Shown here: piece by piece, positions 13,838-27,217 of the stretch
How the letters are laid out: each line of letters begins with the position of its first letter
Numbering within the stretch: the stretch's first letter is position 1
From: Hormiphora californensis
Taxonomy: Eukaryota > Animalia > Ctenophora
DNA: 64,000 nt
NCBI GenBank assembly: GCA_020137815.1
Contig: CM035359.1
Coordinates: 4,154,001 to 4,218,000, forward strand
Reading direction: 5' to 3'
Translations under genes and position numbers: made by a program
The notes under the pieces: model-generated
What the model was told of the DNA's origin: nothing
Seen by the model: only the letters and a program-made list of their open reading frames with translations
Databases searched by the model: none

Positions 13838-14424
13838 TTTGTTGATTCCTCACCCGGTTACTGGCCGGTTGGAGTTGATATAGCTGGATTGAAAAAGAGA
13901 GAGAGAGCTGAAAGAGCGAAAAAATAAAGGGAGAGAGAGACAAAGGGAGAGGAAGAGAATTAATTCATGAGCGTATTGTGCTGTTTTGCTGTCTATGTCA
14001 TAATATGGTCAGCAATCCTCGATTGATCAGTAGTATCTTGATGATTTCATTAGACGTAAAGAGGAAGAGGTAGTGATAAATAAGGGAGAAAGAGATATTA
14101 TAGGAGTGAGTGGGCGGTGAGAGAGATAGACTATAAGAGAGTAAGTGAGTGAGCGAGTGAATGAGTGAGAGAGAGGGGAGAGCGAGTGAGAGATCATATA
14201 CGAGAGATTCGCATTTTACTGCAGTACTTAGCATACGATAATTGTGTACAATTAATCGGATAAAAACACATAACAGATATTTAATGACCCATCTCACTTA
14301 GGACCACACGTGCATAGGTTTATAATAGAATTAGACAACTGTTTTCTAATTCGGTCTAAAGCTTCAGTCTAACGGTATTCGATAGATATTCCCAACTAGA
14401 AGTCAGTGATCTAACGTGGTCAAA

Positions 14425-14483
14425 CTGTCAGAGCATTAGCCTGACCCATTCTCGTTTCTGTGGTCAGAGCATTGACCTGGCAG
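14425..14483. mobile_element. Second CTG...CAG mini-element family with 8-bp TSD (other copy 31262-31355)
   Basis: TSD tggtcaaa here and attttacc at 31254-31261/31356-31363. Both contain two gtcagagcatt(g/a)gcctg-like repeats. Confidence 0.75.
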
Positions 14484-15645
14484 TGGTCAAACGATAACTG
14501 TTTTATAATAATTAACGGCTATAGCTGGTGTTGATTATCGATCGATCGACAATCGACAGCAGCTATAAACAATCACGATCGTGATCTCACGCTTTCTGCT
14601 TGTGTCACGAACCTTTTTAATCAATACATATTTCCTGGTGCTTGTCTCCATCAATCACCCATGAAGAATTGTGTTGTGTTATGTAGATAGAACAATTAGA
14701 ACCTAGAAGAAAGTGTATACAACCGTTATAACCACGTGCTATCAGCTATATAAAAATGGTGATCCTATCATACCAATCAGGATCGTTTCTGGGAGCTTCT
14801 GCTGTTTCATTCATGATGTGAAAAGGGGCAGAATTTGTGTTTGTTTAGCAGCTTCCAGTTCTGTCCTATTTCATACTTCCAATTTCCAATTGCGAGACAG
14901 AGATTGAGGGAGATTGCATTGATCAACGAGAAAATAACTGAAGTTTGCGCTAAAGTTCAGTAAACAACCGTACTATATTTGTGCACAAACTTAAATTGGT
15001 TTCTGCTGTTACAGTTAACCAGTTGGTATCTTGATCTGGATTCCAAAAAGGGAAACAAGGAAGCATTCGGTATTCGCGGCACACACAGTGTGTGATGACT
15101 AATTTCATGATTGATTTGCTACCTGCATCTACTGTGGGAAGAATGGAATGGGATTTCCTTATGGCCATCCCTCAAGGTGCTGATCCTTGTCATTCTATAA
15201 ATTTTATCCTTTTTTAGTCAGGCACCATAAATGCTTTGTATCCGAATGCGTATTTTTTTTATTAGGGCATGCGGATATTTTATTTTTGTTAACGTTTTTA
15301 GTTTGAATGCCACACTAATTGTTTTCTCTCCTAATTCTCTCTCTATTATTAAGTTTTTATCTGTCACTCATAGGCTATACAGACCTATAAAATATCTTCT
15401 TTTTTGTATATACTGTAACGGAACCACCCCAAATATGTTGTTTCGTAACCAATTATTGTTTGCGGGGAAGATATGATATAATTGCGGGGAAAAAAGAGAT
15501 AAACACAGTCACGAATATTGCGTCAGCTTCTTTTACCGTCCCAATTGGTGTTTTGTTTAATTTTTAGTTTACAGTTAACAGCTACCCTCGTTTTTTGGAT
15601 CGTCCCCGTACGCTATCCTCGTTAAGGGCCGGGGGGTGTTAACTG

Positions 15646-18600
15646 TTTTTTTTTTTTTTTTTTTTTTTGGGTCACTTAGCCACACGCTGAGCAAACCTCA
15701 TACCACCCGGGTATGGGTAACTATGGCGCTAAGCTCCCCCCTTTCTCGATTTTGATGAAATGGGGGGAACCTATGGCATCAGTCATAAAGTCTGTCGAGT
15801 TGGGATTGTTCTGGAACAAGGTAACGTTTTGCCTTTGAGAGAGTATTGGGTTTGATTTAGTCTGGACTCTGGAACAAGGTAACATTTTGCCTTTGAGAGT
15901 GTCTTGAGCCCAGTTTGTTCTGGAACAAGGTAACGTTTTGCCTTTGAGGGTGTCTTGAGTTTAGTTTGGTCTGGAACAAGGTAACATTTTGCCTCTGCGT
16001 GTAACTTGGAGTTGGTCTGGATCGAGGTAACGTTTTGCCTTTGCGAGTGGGTCTGTTGGTGGCGCTATAGCTAGCTAAAAAACAGTAAATAAAAATATAA
16101 ATCAAATCTCTCAATCGCCACATCCACTTTTCAAACCCAATGCTACATAATATCATTTAAAATGTGAACACATTAGATGGACAGACAATACGGACAGATT
16201 GAACTTACAGCATTTTGATGCATGATTGATACCGTGACTTCTTGATGATGAGTATTGAGATGTGAAGTGTGTCCACTGTCCATTTCCAGTAGAGACAAAG
16301 ATAAACGAAAACGATCAAACACAAATAAGGGGTAGGACAGATTGTAGAGCTAATGGAATGTAAGATGTTCTAGAAGATAAGTCGGGTGGGCCAGATAAGA
16401 ACATTTGTTAATTGTTACACGCGATAAGCGACTTAGTGCACCAAAACACAAGGATTGTCTCTGTAGTGGCGTGTTTCACAAAGTCCTCTAAATTGGGAAG
16501 GGCCAGGGTGGGGGAGGTGGGTGGGGTGGAGGGGTGGGTGGTGGCTAGTACAAGAAAACGAGCATGTATTGAGTGCGTTAGAGATCAGATATTAGAGGTA
16601 CTGTGTTGAAAGATACAGGGAAGGAGCACTATTTGACAGAATGACTGAACCAAACTAGGCGATACGGTTGTAAAGTGATAGATTTAGGATTAAAGAGAGA
16701 CTTAGACGGGTGTATGTCAGTGTAACAGAGCATTCAAAATGAAACAAATATGAAACTGCAAATGTATGAACTGATTGTGAGAGAGACTGGAGAATCCCGG
16801 CAATTCGTTTATGTCACACATCCGCAAAGTTATTCTGTATCCAGAATGCAGAATGATGCATTTGACAGTTTTAATGCTACTGAGACCACAGTTTTGAAGA
16901 TAGAGACTTGAAATTTTGGGAATTATTAGGGGATATAGTGGAGCATTGGCACAAGGAGTATGTTTTGAGACAGAGCAATATTATGGACGTGACCTGAGTA
17001 CAAGAAAACGAGCATGTATTGAGTGCGTTAGAGATCAGATATTAGAGGTACTGTGTTGAAAGATACAGGGAAGGAGCAATATTTGACAGAATGACTGAAC
17101 CAAACTAGGCGATACGGTTGTAAAGTGATAGATTTAGGATTAAAGAGAGACTTAGACGGGTGTATGTCAGTGTAACAGAGCATTCAAAATGAAACAAATA
17201 TGAAACTGCAAATGTATGAACTGATTGTGAGAGAGACTGGAGAATCCCGGCAATTCGTTTATGTCACACATCCGCAAAGTTATTCTGTATCCAGAATGCA
17301 GAATGATGCATTTGACAGTTTTAATGCTACTGAGACCACAGTTTTGAAGATAGAGACTTGAAATTTTGGGAATTATTAGGGGATATAGTGGAGCATTGGC
17401 ACAAGGAGTATGTTTTGAGACAGAGCAATATTATGGACGTGACCTGAGTACAAGAAAACGAGCATGTATTGAGTGCGTTAGAGATCAGATATTAGAGGTA
17501 CTGTGTTGAAAGATACAGGGAAGGAGCAATATTTGACAGAATGACTGAACCAAACTAGGCGATACGGTTGTAAAGTGATAGATTTAGGATTAAAGAGAGA
17601 CTTAGACGGGTGTATGTCAGTGTAACAGAGCATTCAAAATGAAACAAATATGAAACTGCAAATGTATGAACTGATTGTGAGAGAGACTGGAGAATCCCGG
17701 CAATTCGTTTATGTCACACATCCGCAAAGTTATTCTGTATCCAGAATGCAGAATGATGCATTTGACAGTTTTAATGCTACTGAGACCACAGTTTTGAAGA
17801 TAGAGACTTGAAATTTTGGGAATTATTAGGGGATATAGTGGAGCATTGGCACAAGGAGTATGTTTTGAGACAGAGCAATATTATGGACGTGACCTGAGTA
17901 CAAGAAAACGAGCATGTATTGAGTGCGTTAGAGATCAGATATTAGAGGTACTGTGTTGAAAGATACAGGGAAGGAGCAATATTTGACAGAATGACTGAAC
18001 CAAACTAGGCGATACGGTTGTAAAGTGATAGATTTAGGATTAAAGAGAGACTTAGACGGGTGTATGTCAGTGTAACAGAGCATTCAAAATGAAACAAATA
18101 TGAAACTGCAAATGTATGAACTGATTGTGAGAGAGACTGGAGAATCCCGGCAATTCGTTTATGTCACACATCCGCAAAGTTATTCTGTATCCAGAATGCA
18201 GAATGATGCATTTGACAGTTTTAATGCTACTGAGACCACAGTTTTGAAGATAGAGACTTGAAATTTTGGGAATTATTAGGGGATATAGTGGAGCATTGGC
18301 ACAAGGAGTATGTTTTGAGACAGAGCAATATTATGGACGTGACCTGAGTACAAGAAAACGAGCATGTATTGAGTGCGTTAGAGATCAGATATTAGAGGTA
18401 CTGTGTTGAAAGATACAGGGAAGGAGCAATATTTGACAGAATGACTGAACCAAACTAGGCGATACGGTTGTAAAGTGATAGATTTAGGATTAAAGAGAGA
18501 CTTAGACGGGTGTATGTCAGTGTAACAGAGCATTCAAAATGAAACAAATATGAAACTGCAAATGTATGAACTGATTGTGAGAGAGACTGGAGAATCCCGG

Positions 18601-20823
18601 CAATTCGTTTATGTCACACATCCGCAAAGTTATTCTGTATCCAGAATGCAGAATGATGCATTTGACAGTTTTAATGCTACTGAGACCACAGTTTTGAAGA
18701 TAGAGACTTGAAATTTTGGGAATTATTAGGGGATATAGTGGAGCATTGGCACAAGGAGTATGTTTTGAGACAGAGCAATATTATGGACGTGACCTGAGTA
18801 CAAGAAAACGAGCATGTATTGAGTGCGTTAGAGATCAGATATTAGAGGTACTGTGTTGAAAGATACAGGGAAGGAGCAATATTTGACAGAATGACTGAAC
18901 CAAACTAGGCGATACGGTTGTAAAGTGATAGATTTAGGATTAAAGAGAGACTTAGACGGGTGTATGTCAGTGTAACAGAGCATTCAAAATGAAACAAATA
19001 TGAAACTGCAAATGTATGAACTGATTGTGAGAGAGACTGGAGAATCCCGGCAATTCGTTTATGTCACACATCCGCAAAGTTATTCTGTATCCAGAATGCA
19101 GAATGATGCATTTGACAGTTTTAATGCTACTGAGACCACAGTTTTGAAGATAGAGACTTGAAATTTTGGGAATTATTAGGGGATATAGTGGAGCATTGGC
19201 ACAAGGAGTATGTTTTGAGACAGAGCAATATTATGGACGTGACCTGAGTACAAGAAAACGAGCATGTATTGAGTGCGTTAGAGATCAGATATTAGAGGTA
19301 CTGTGTTGAAAGATACAGGGAAGGAGCAATATTTGACAGAATGACTGAACCAAACTAGGCGATACGGTTGTAAAGTGATAGATTTAGGATTAAAGAGAGA
19401 CTTAGACGGGTGTATGTCAGTGTAACAGAGCATTCAAAATGAAACAAATATGAAACTGCAAATGTATGAACTGATTGTGAGAGAGACTGGAGAATCCCGG
19501 CAATTCGTTTATGTCACACATCCGCAAAGTTATTCTGTATCCAGAATGCAGAATGATGCATTTGACAGTTTTAATGCTACTGAGACCACAGTTTTGAAGA
19601 TAGAGACTTGAAATTTTGGGAATTATTAGGGGATATAGTGGAGCATTGGCACAAGGAGTATGTTTTGAGACAGAGCAATATTATGGACGTGACCTGAGTA
19701 CAAGAAAACGAGCATGTATTGAGTGCGTTAGAGATCAGATATTAGAGGTACTGTGTTGAAAGATACAGGGAAGGAGCAATATTTGACAGAATGACTGAAC
19801 CAAACTAGGCGATACGGTTGTAAAGTGATAGATTTAGGATTAAAGAGAGACTTAGACGGGTGTATGTCAGTGTAACAGAGCATTCAAAATGAAACAAATA
19901 TGAAACTGCAAATGTATGAACTGATTGTGAGAGAGACTGGAGAATCCCGGCAATTCGTTTATGTCACACATCCGCAAAGTTATTCTGTATCCAGAATGCA
20001 GAATGATGCATTTGACAGTTTTAATGCTACTGAGACCACAGTTTTGAAGATAGAGACTTGAAATTTTGGGAATTATTAGGGGATATTATATAGTGGAGCA
20101 TTGGCACAAGGAGTATGTTTTGAGACAGAGCAATATTATGGACGTGACCTGAGTACAAGAAAACGAGCATGTATTGAGTGCGTTAGAGATCAGATATTAG
20201 AGGTACTGTGTTGAAAGATACAGGGAAGGAGCAATATTTGACAGAATGACTGAACCAAACTAGGCGATACGGTTGTAAAGTGATAGATTTAGGATTAAAG
20301 AGAGACTTAGACGGGTGTATGTCAGTGTAACAGAGCATTCAAAATGAAACAAATATGAAACTGCAAATGTATGAACTGATTGTGAGAGAGACTGGAGAAT
20401 CCCGGCAATTCGTTTATGTCACACATCCGCAAAGTTATTCTGTATCCAGAATGCAGAATGATGCATTTGACAGTTTTAATGCTACTGAGACCACAGTTTT
20501 GAAGATAGAGACTTGAAATTTTGGGAATTATTAGGGGATATAGTGGAGCATTGGCACAAGGAGTATGTTTTGAGACAGAGCAATATTATGGACGTGACCT
20601 GAGTACAAGAAAACGAGCATGTATTGAGTGCGTTAGAGATCAGATATTAGAGGTACTGTGTTGAAAGATACAGGGAAGGAGCAATATTTGACAGAATGAC
20701 TGAACCAAACTAGGCGATACGGTTGTAAAGTGATAGATTTAGGATTAAAGAGAGACTTAGACGGGTGTATGTCAGTGTAACAGAGCATTCAAAATGAAAC
20801 AAATATGAAACTGCAAATGTATC
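15646..20823 (-). mobile_element. Putative retroposed non-coding element with poly(A) tail, 13-bp TSD and internal satellite array
   Basis: T23 at 15646-15668. ggtgttaactgtt at 15635-15647 and 20824-20836. Five tctggaacaaggtaac..ttttgcct-type motifs at ~15808-16045. No long ORF. Confidence 0.55.
16547..20822. repeat. Tandem array of 450-bp units, ~9.5 copies, almost identical
   Basis: Units start (agtacaagaaaacg) at 16547, 16997, 17447, 17897, 18347, 18797, 19247, 19697, 20152, 20602. The only differences seen are one substitution in unit 1 and a 5-bp insertion near 20086. Confidence 0.97.
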
Positions 20824-22055
20824 GGTGTTAACTGTTATAGCGTCATCGTTCCTACATCTGGGAGAACGGTTGTCCAACTCATCCCATGTATAGATTGTAT
20901 ACTGCTTATACTCTCTCACCGTCTCTGTTTCACGATAGAGCTTTATGGAATTATGCCAAGGGTTGATTATTATGGGAAAAACACTCGTGCCTGAACTTTG
21001 TTCTACGACACTGTATCGGCCAACTTTTTATATCTTATTTTTCTTATATCTTTGAGTGTAAACGCATCGTTACTGGCTCAGGCTATAATCGTTTGACTAA
21101 TGCTCTATCTTTTTCTCTCTCTCTTTCGACCAAGAAACATCTATTTTCGAGAAAGATAAAAACTCTAAAATATATGTTTCTCGGGAAGTCCGCTGCGATC
21201 AGACGAGTAAGTTGCTGTAACATTTTACTGAGAGCTGCCATGTTTCCTTGAAGTTGTGAGAGCTGGAGTTTTAGGGACTTTGCCTAATTTTATTCTTTTG
21301 TCCGTACGCATTAAGTTATTCCTTTTTATTTTAAAATCTACATCCAAAACTCATGTGTGTGGTTACTCTAAATTCTTCCCTCTCTCAGCAATCTAGTTTT
21401 ATCCAACTCCCATCCCCTCTTCTTCATGACGTACTGTGGATAACTTCAGTAGGAACCGACCAAATCAGGAAATACTGGTCCCTGATTGGCTGATAACCAG
21501 TCACGTCACCTAAATAACGAGTTCTGATTGGTTGTTTACTTGTGACGTACTGTGTATAACCTAAGTAGGTGCTTTCTGCTTCCTTTGATCTCTCTATAAG
21601 CCTTTGCAGTTCTTTAATATATAGTGTACATGGTGATTTCCCTAAGAGATACTCATAAACATTTCTGCAATACACCTAGTGTACAGTTGTATTGTTCTAA
21701 CCCTAATTCCTTTAGGGTCGAGCTAGGCAAGTGTACAGGGTGTTTTCCCTACTAAGTAGTGTGTTTTGTTCGAAACAAGGCATTAGTGTACGCTGTGTTT
21801 TCCCTTGCCCAGCTCGATCCTCTTTCCATGCGCTCCGCTCTGTATAGGAGCTGGTTATATCCAGCTACTTAGGGAAAACTAGCTATGTTCTATATAAACT
21901 AGTTTTCCCTAAGTAGCTAACTTAGGCCTTAGCTAAGATATATAGTGTCGAACAAGCTAGGTAGGTTGCTTGTCTTATCCCCGGTCTTATAATTGAGTAG
22001 CACAGAGAGGTCAGAATGATAGAGATGAAGAGAGAAGGAAAGAGAAAGAAAGTAA

Positions 22056-22142
<87 letters not shown>

Positions 22143-22292
22143 TAGATAATGCACGTGTTCTAGTATGACAGAAGCTGTGTTCAGTTGATATCATGATCTT
22201 ATGTCAGCCAGCTTATAGCAATTGCCCCCTTACCTCGCGATCCTTTTCAAACTAATGATGAATAAGTATTCGGTTTTCTCTCCTTTTATATG

Positions 22293-22421
<129 letters not shown>

Positions 22422-24458
22422 CTCTCTCTTTCTCTTTCTCTCTCTCTCCCCCTCTCTCTCCCCCTCTTTCTCTCTCTTTCTCTCTCTCCCCCTCTTTCTC
22501 TCTCTTTCTCTCTTTATATCTTTCTTTTCCTTTATATTATCCCTGTCATTATCTATGCATTGACCTATTGTAAGTGTTGTCAGCCAGCTATCTCTGCATT
22601 GTCTGTATCTTCACTTTTCGTTTCACTTTCAAAACTGCAAGCTGAACTGTCAGCACCTTAATACAAACACGACTTGCAAGACTTTCTCTCTATCTACTGC
22701 ATCTCTCTATCCCTCCCCCTCTATCTCTCTCTATTTCTCTTTCTCTCCCTCTCTATCTCTCCCCTAATATTTTTCCTTTCTCCGTCTTTACTCTTTATTT
22801 ATTGGTCTGTACGTTTATGACATATCGATTTCGATTACTTCTTAATTGTTCTCTGAGTCTTCTGATCCGTTTTTTTTTGCAAACATCGTTAAGTTAAGTT
22901 GTACTATTACTTTGCAGGGAAATATCTAGCAAGGCATTACACGGTCGCTTGTAGTGGGAAAACGGTAATGGAAAACGGAGATACAGTAAGACGACGTGCA
23001 ACAGTGGCCAATCAGGGTGCTAGTACATGCTGAACAAATGCACTTTTTGCCGCGCGTTATGCAAAGTGTGCGTCTCATTACTGTATTTCCATTACGGTAA
23101 TACGACTACAAGCAGCACTGTTACTCCTGTATCAACTGGATTCGATCCATCTCTAGTCTCAAATATCAGTACCCTATCCTGATTTGACTAAGTGTAGTTG
23201 CCAAATGTCGGCTGTTAGGTCGATATATGCTTCCTATATCGGTGGTATACACGAGGGTGGCTGCAGGAGATGGAGGTGGGCAAGGGGCAAGGGGAGTGGG
23301 AGAGGGATTGGGAGAGCTAGGGAGTGAAAGAATAAGCTGAAGGCTCCTAAACCGCTTTCCTTAATGTAGCTACACAGTAGACACACGAGATGGTCAATCA
23401 CTTAGTGTCTAGTAATGTACCTGGTCTTCTCAATAAAAGTAATAATTGGTTCAAATGTACCCTTACTAGTTACTGAGTACCATGATGCTGTACACGGTGC
23501 TCCTCATGTACCAACAGCCGATGGATACCATTAATTGTACGTGTTATTTGGTTCCGAAATGACCCCTCCCTATTGCCAGCGCGAAGGTTATTTCGTAACC
23601 AAACATGTTATAACGCTTGGCATGAATCCCGTAGTTAGTTATGTAATAGATCTATAATATACTGCAGCGTTTAGAACATATCAATTTTACATTATAGATA
23701 GTATAAACCACAAATAGCCGTTATATCCGTCCATACATATGTCCTGTCAGATAAGGATGAGGCATATTAAACGTGACACGATGAGAGAATTAGACTCGTA
23801 ATATCGATCAGAGAACGCCGCTTTTCATAGTTGAGCCTCTATAGCATTAGACTTTTAAACTGATTCTATATTTGATTGTTTATTAGACTCTGTTTTCAAG
23901 CCTTTGTATTGTTTGATGTTGTAGATTTATTTATTGCCTGGCTAGACTGTGTGACAAATGTAAAGGGAGGGTTAGAACATAACAATTTATTTATGCACAA
24001 CAACTATTTGTCACCCAAATGTACTGTTACAGATAACTATAATTCCCACTCAATGCAGTTCCGCTTCATGTAAAGTATCAAGCTGTGTAGCGATAATGTG
24101 ATATACCGCACGTATAGCCTTTTGTTATGTATTGTATATATGAAGGCGATATAACATGTTCATTCATTAACGATATTGCATTGATCCCTCTATGAAACAC
24201 ATCACAACGTGAATGGCATTATATTAAAGCGCGACTGTTTATTGGTAACTGCAGTTATTTGTTTTGTGATATATCGAGATATGGAAATCATTTTGTACGA
24301 GGTGCCCTGCATGGTGCAGCACGATCAGTCTGGCATGTTCATAATTCATAGGAAATCTGTTACAACTGGTAACGCACCATATTATAGTTATAGTGCACTA
24401 TGACGAAAACAACAATAATGGCTCAATCCAAACTATTTGCATTTATAGGAGCCCGGCA

Positions 24459-25043
24459 TTTTTTCCCTGCCCGGGTGATTGCCGAAGGCAATCACCCGGG
24501 ATGATGTTTTTAGCACGCACGTGCTAAAAAGATCATTCAGGGTTTAGAAATCAGCAGATCGTGTAGTTAACTAAATGTCCGTCCGTCCGTCCGTCACGGA
24601 CAACGCCTGACAACCGATCCATTTTGAAAGCGTCGTCCGCAAAGTTATTACAGTACGGATTTCGGTGGCGCGCGCTCAAAACTTGTGCGCGCGCACACTC
24701 TCAATGCAGCGTATGTATACACCCCTCGCGCGTTACAGCATAGCCGTAGCGCTCGAATGGATTTAACTTCTTGGTAAATCTGATTAAAACTAAAAGGCGT
24801 TGAAAGCTCAGCTCGTTAGTATGGTGACTGAGGGAACGTGAGAAGTATCCCATGCATAGCTTCGTCTCACATAACATTGTAATTAGGCGTTGGCGGACGA
24901 CGATCAGATCACATTGCACGGTATCGTCTGGTGTGACTGTGAGCGGCTCTTACCAGATCTCATCGTTTATCAGTGATCGGTTGGAGTATTCGTTGGCAGG
25001 GAAACACAGCATTATGAAACATAATGCAATAATAATTCTTGTT
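24459..25043 (+). mobile_element. Helentron-associated non-autonomous element (HINE/DINE-1-like)
   Basis: T-run, then subTIR tttccctgcc ... ggcagggaaa, 5' hairpins, (gtcc)n microsatellite, 3' stem-loop gcattatg-aaa-cataatgc, ends tcttgtt. Second copy at 57607-58212. Confidence 0.7.
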
Positions 25044-25294
25044 ATAATCTAGGAGCACAGCATCTCTTTGATCAAGCTATTAATAGGGCCCTCTCAGCTG
25101 CAGTGATCCCTGGGTGTGTGTGTGGTGTTGCAGAAAATTAAGAGAATAAGAGATGCTGTGAAAGCTGTGAAAGCTGTGAAAGCTGTGAAAGCTGTGAAAT
25201 ATCAAAGCTCACCGCGTAAAGGCTTTTGCAGTCGAAATTGTCCGCAGCTTTAAAAATGAAAATAACTAAACCAAACGATTCCTACTGACCATGG

Positions 25295-27217
25295 TCAACT
25301 GAACTCAATTCTCAAAAACTTCCCAAAAACTCTCACAACATCACCCTTGATAAACATCCACAGCTCATTATTGCGTCCCATTAAAACAGGCACTACGGGG
25401 TTAACAAGGGAACTTAGCAAAGGGCACACACTACTCGCTATATAGGTCCATGCCAGGGTATCTGCAGTCATGCCGGATTTCCTTCTGGGTTCATTGCTTA
25501 TGGTACTGGACACTACCACCGTATACACAGAGTTTGTAATAATGAAGAAGAGGGTGAGGAGGGCGATTGTGATGTTAGATCTGATATGGGGAAGAGTTGT
25601 AGGGGGCTCGGCAGCTGGTGCCGAGTCACCACTAGGTGTTATTGTTGTATCACCATTAGTTGGCTGCACATGATGAGGTGGTAACGGTTCAATACCGTGA
25701 CCATCATCACACGATCCTAGCTGATCCCCCTCTGATAATGAAGACAAGGATTGGGATGTTTGAGAGAAATTACTGGTGGCGGAGGAGCGGGGGAATACTG
25801 ACGATGACGATGATAATGATGATAATGATGATGATGACGATGATGATGAAGATGATGATGATGATGATGCCGCCAAATCGGATAAAGATGCCCTGGATAG
25901 GAATACTGGAAAAGATGATAAAAGGGGAGATGGAGGTGTCTCATCTTCATCTTCATCTGATGACTGGAAAGTTGAGTCTTTTTTCTGTAAAGACGGGATG
26001 ACAGTAGAACGGCTTCGGTGAACGATAACCGATGCCTTTACCTCACTGCTATAACTGGGATTGTCTTCAGATGTCGATCTTACTAGCCCAACTTCACCAA
26101 AGCAGTCTTCATCGCTGGTCCTTTCACCTTGATCCTCAATCATTCTTCTTTTAAAAGAGCCTTGTTTGTTAGTTGATTCAGTGACACTAGGAACCGCAAG
26201 ATCGCCTACTGCAATGACTGAACGTTGATCCCTTTTGGTAACTCTTCTCCGGGTAGCAACCCGCGTTCTTGAGTTTCTATCGATCCCAGGAGAGCCGGTA
26301 AATTCCAGATCAATACCCCACTGTATCGCCCTCACAGAAACATCAGGCTGCTGCACGCTCTGAACAGAACAACGAGACTTAATCATCTCTCCTGAGCCTC
26401 CTGATCCCTGATTCCCATTATTCCTCAGCCTGTTCCTGTATTTTACTATTGCTCGTGTTTGAAATACTAAACATACCAAACATACAAGTGTTGCAAGGTG
26501 GAAGAAAACACTTGAAAAATGGCGGGTAGTGGCGCTCATTGACAAATCTTGTCGGGTCTGCATGATCAAACCAAACATGCCCACCCCTAGCCCAGGACCA
26601 AGGAATAACAGACGGTGATAGTGTCGGTATTCCCAGCCTGATAGAGGGGTTGCATCATAATCAAAAGAGAAATAGTAGTAAAGGTCAACTCCAGCGATGG
26701 GTATCAGAGTTATTGGAACAATTACCATAGCGTGTGCGAGAAGTCTTCTGCGGATCATATAGAACGGCCTTGAAATGTTGACACTCCGTACCACGGACAG
26801 AACCACATTCGCAAAGACACTCCCCCGAACACTGACCGTCGTGGCTACATAAACAGTTGCCACGGCAACCGAGTTTACAATCGAGTCCTGGTTACCCAGC
26901 AACCAAAATATCATGTAACCCCCGTGGAGAAGGGCGGTTACCGCGGTTACACAATCCCATACCGCTAGGTGGATATACAGTTTACTGGCCAGGGAGCGGT
27001 TACCCTTTCTGGATGTATGATAAAGGATAACCCATCGGTTGAGGATGAGGATGATGGGAGCAAGAGCGAGGTTAACAGCAGTTAACGTGATGTAGAAGGT
27101 TGGAGATGGAGTAGCAGCGAAGGATGGGTAACACGGTTCCAGTGAATCTTTAGGACATCGGATCACTTTAGGATGCATCCCGTTCTTCATCGGACCACCC
27201 GGCCCAGGACCTCTCAT
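25295..27217 (-). CDS. Rhodopsin-like 7TM GPCR, single exon, very long Ser-rich third intracellular loop
   Basis: 649-codon ORF (first ATG 27217) with five N-terminal and two C-terminal hydrophobic helices. TM3 end VLSVVRSVNISRPFY (DRY equivalent), TM7 SSLVNPVV. Confidence 0.8.
   Translation of the reverse strand: MRGPGPGGPMKNGMHPKVIRCPKDSLEPCYPSFAATPSPTFYITLTAVNLALAPIILILNRWVILYHTSRKGNRSLASKLYIHLAVWDCVTAVTALLHGGYMIFWLLGNQDSIVNSVAVATVYVATTVSVRGSVFANVVLSVVRSVNISRPFYMIRRRLLAHAMVIVPITLIPIAGVDLYYYFSFDYDATPLSGWEYRHYHRLLFLGPGLGVGMFGLIMQTRQDLSMSATTRHFSSVFFHLATLVCLVCLVFQTRAIVKYRNRLRNNGNQGSGGSGEMIKSRCSVQSVQQPDVSVRAIQWGIDLEFTGSPGIDRNSRTRVATRRRVTKRDQRSVIAVGDLAVPSVTESTNKQGSFKRRMIEDQGERTSDEDCFGEVGLVRSTSEDNPSYSSEVKASVIVHRSRSTVIPSLQKKDSTFQSSDEDEDETPPSPLLSSFPVFLSRASLSDLAASSSSSSSSSSSSSSLSSLSSSSSVFPRSSATSNFSQTSQSLSSLSEGDQLGSCDDGHGIEPLPPHHVQPTNGDTTITPSGDSAPAAEPPTTLPHIRSNITIALLTLFFIITNSVYTVVVSSTISNEPRRKSGMTADTLAWTYIASSVCPLLSSLVNPVVPVLMGRNNELWMFIKGDVVRVFGKFLRIEFS

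Noticed and set aside
16547-20822. CRISPR-like or ribozyme-bearing (retrozyme) array
   Set aside because: Units are contiguous with no variable spacers, and I found no CTGANGA...GAAA core on either strand.
25660-26021. Poly-Asp, poly-Met and poly-His ORFs
   Set aside because: Shadow frames of the (TCA)n tract within the GPCR ORF.
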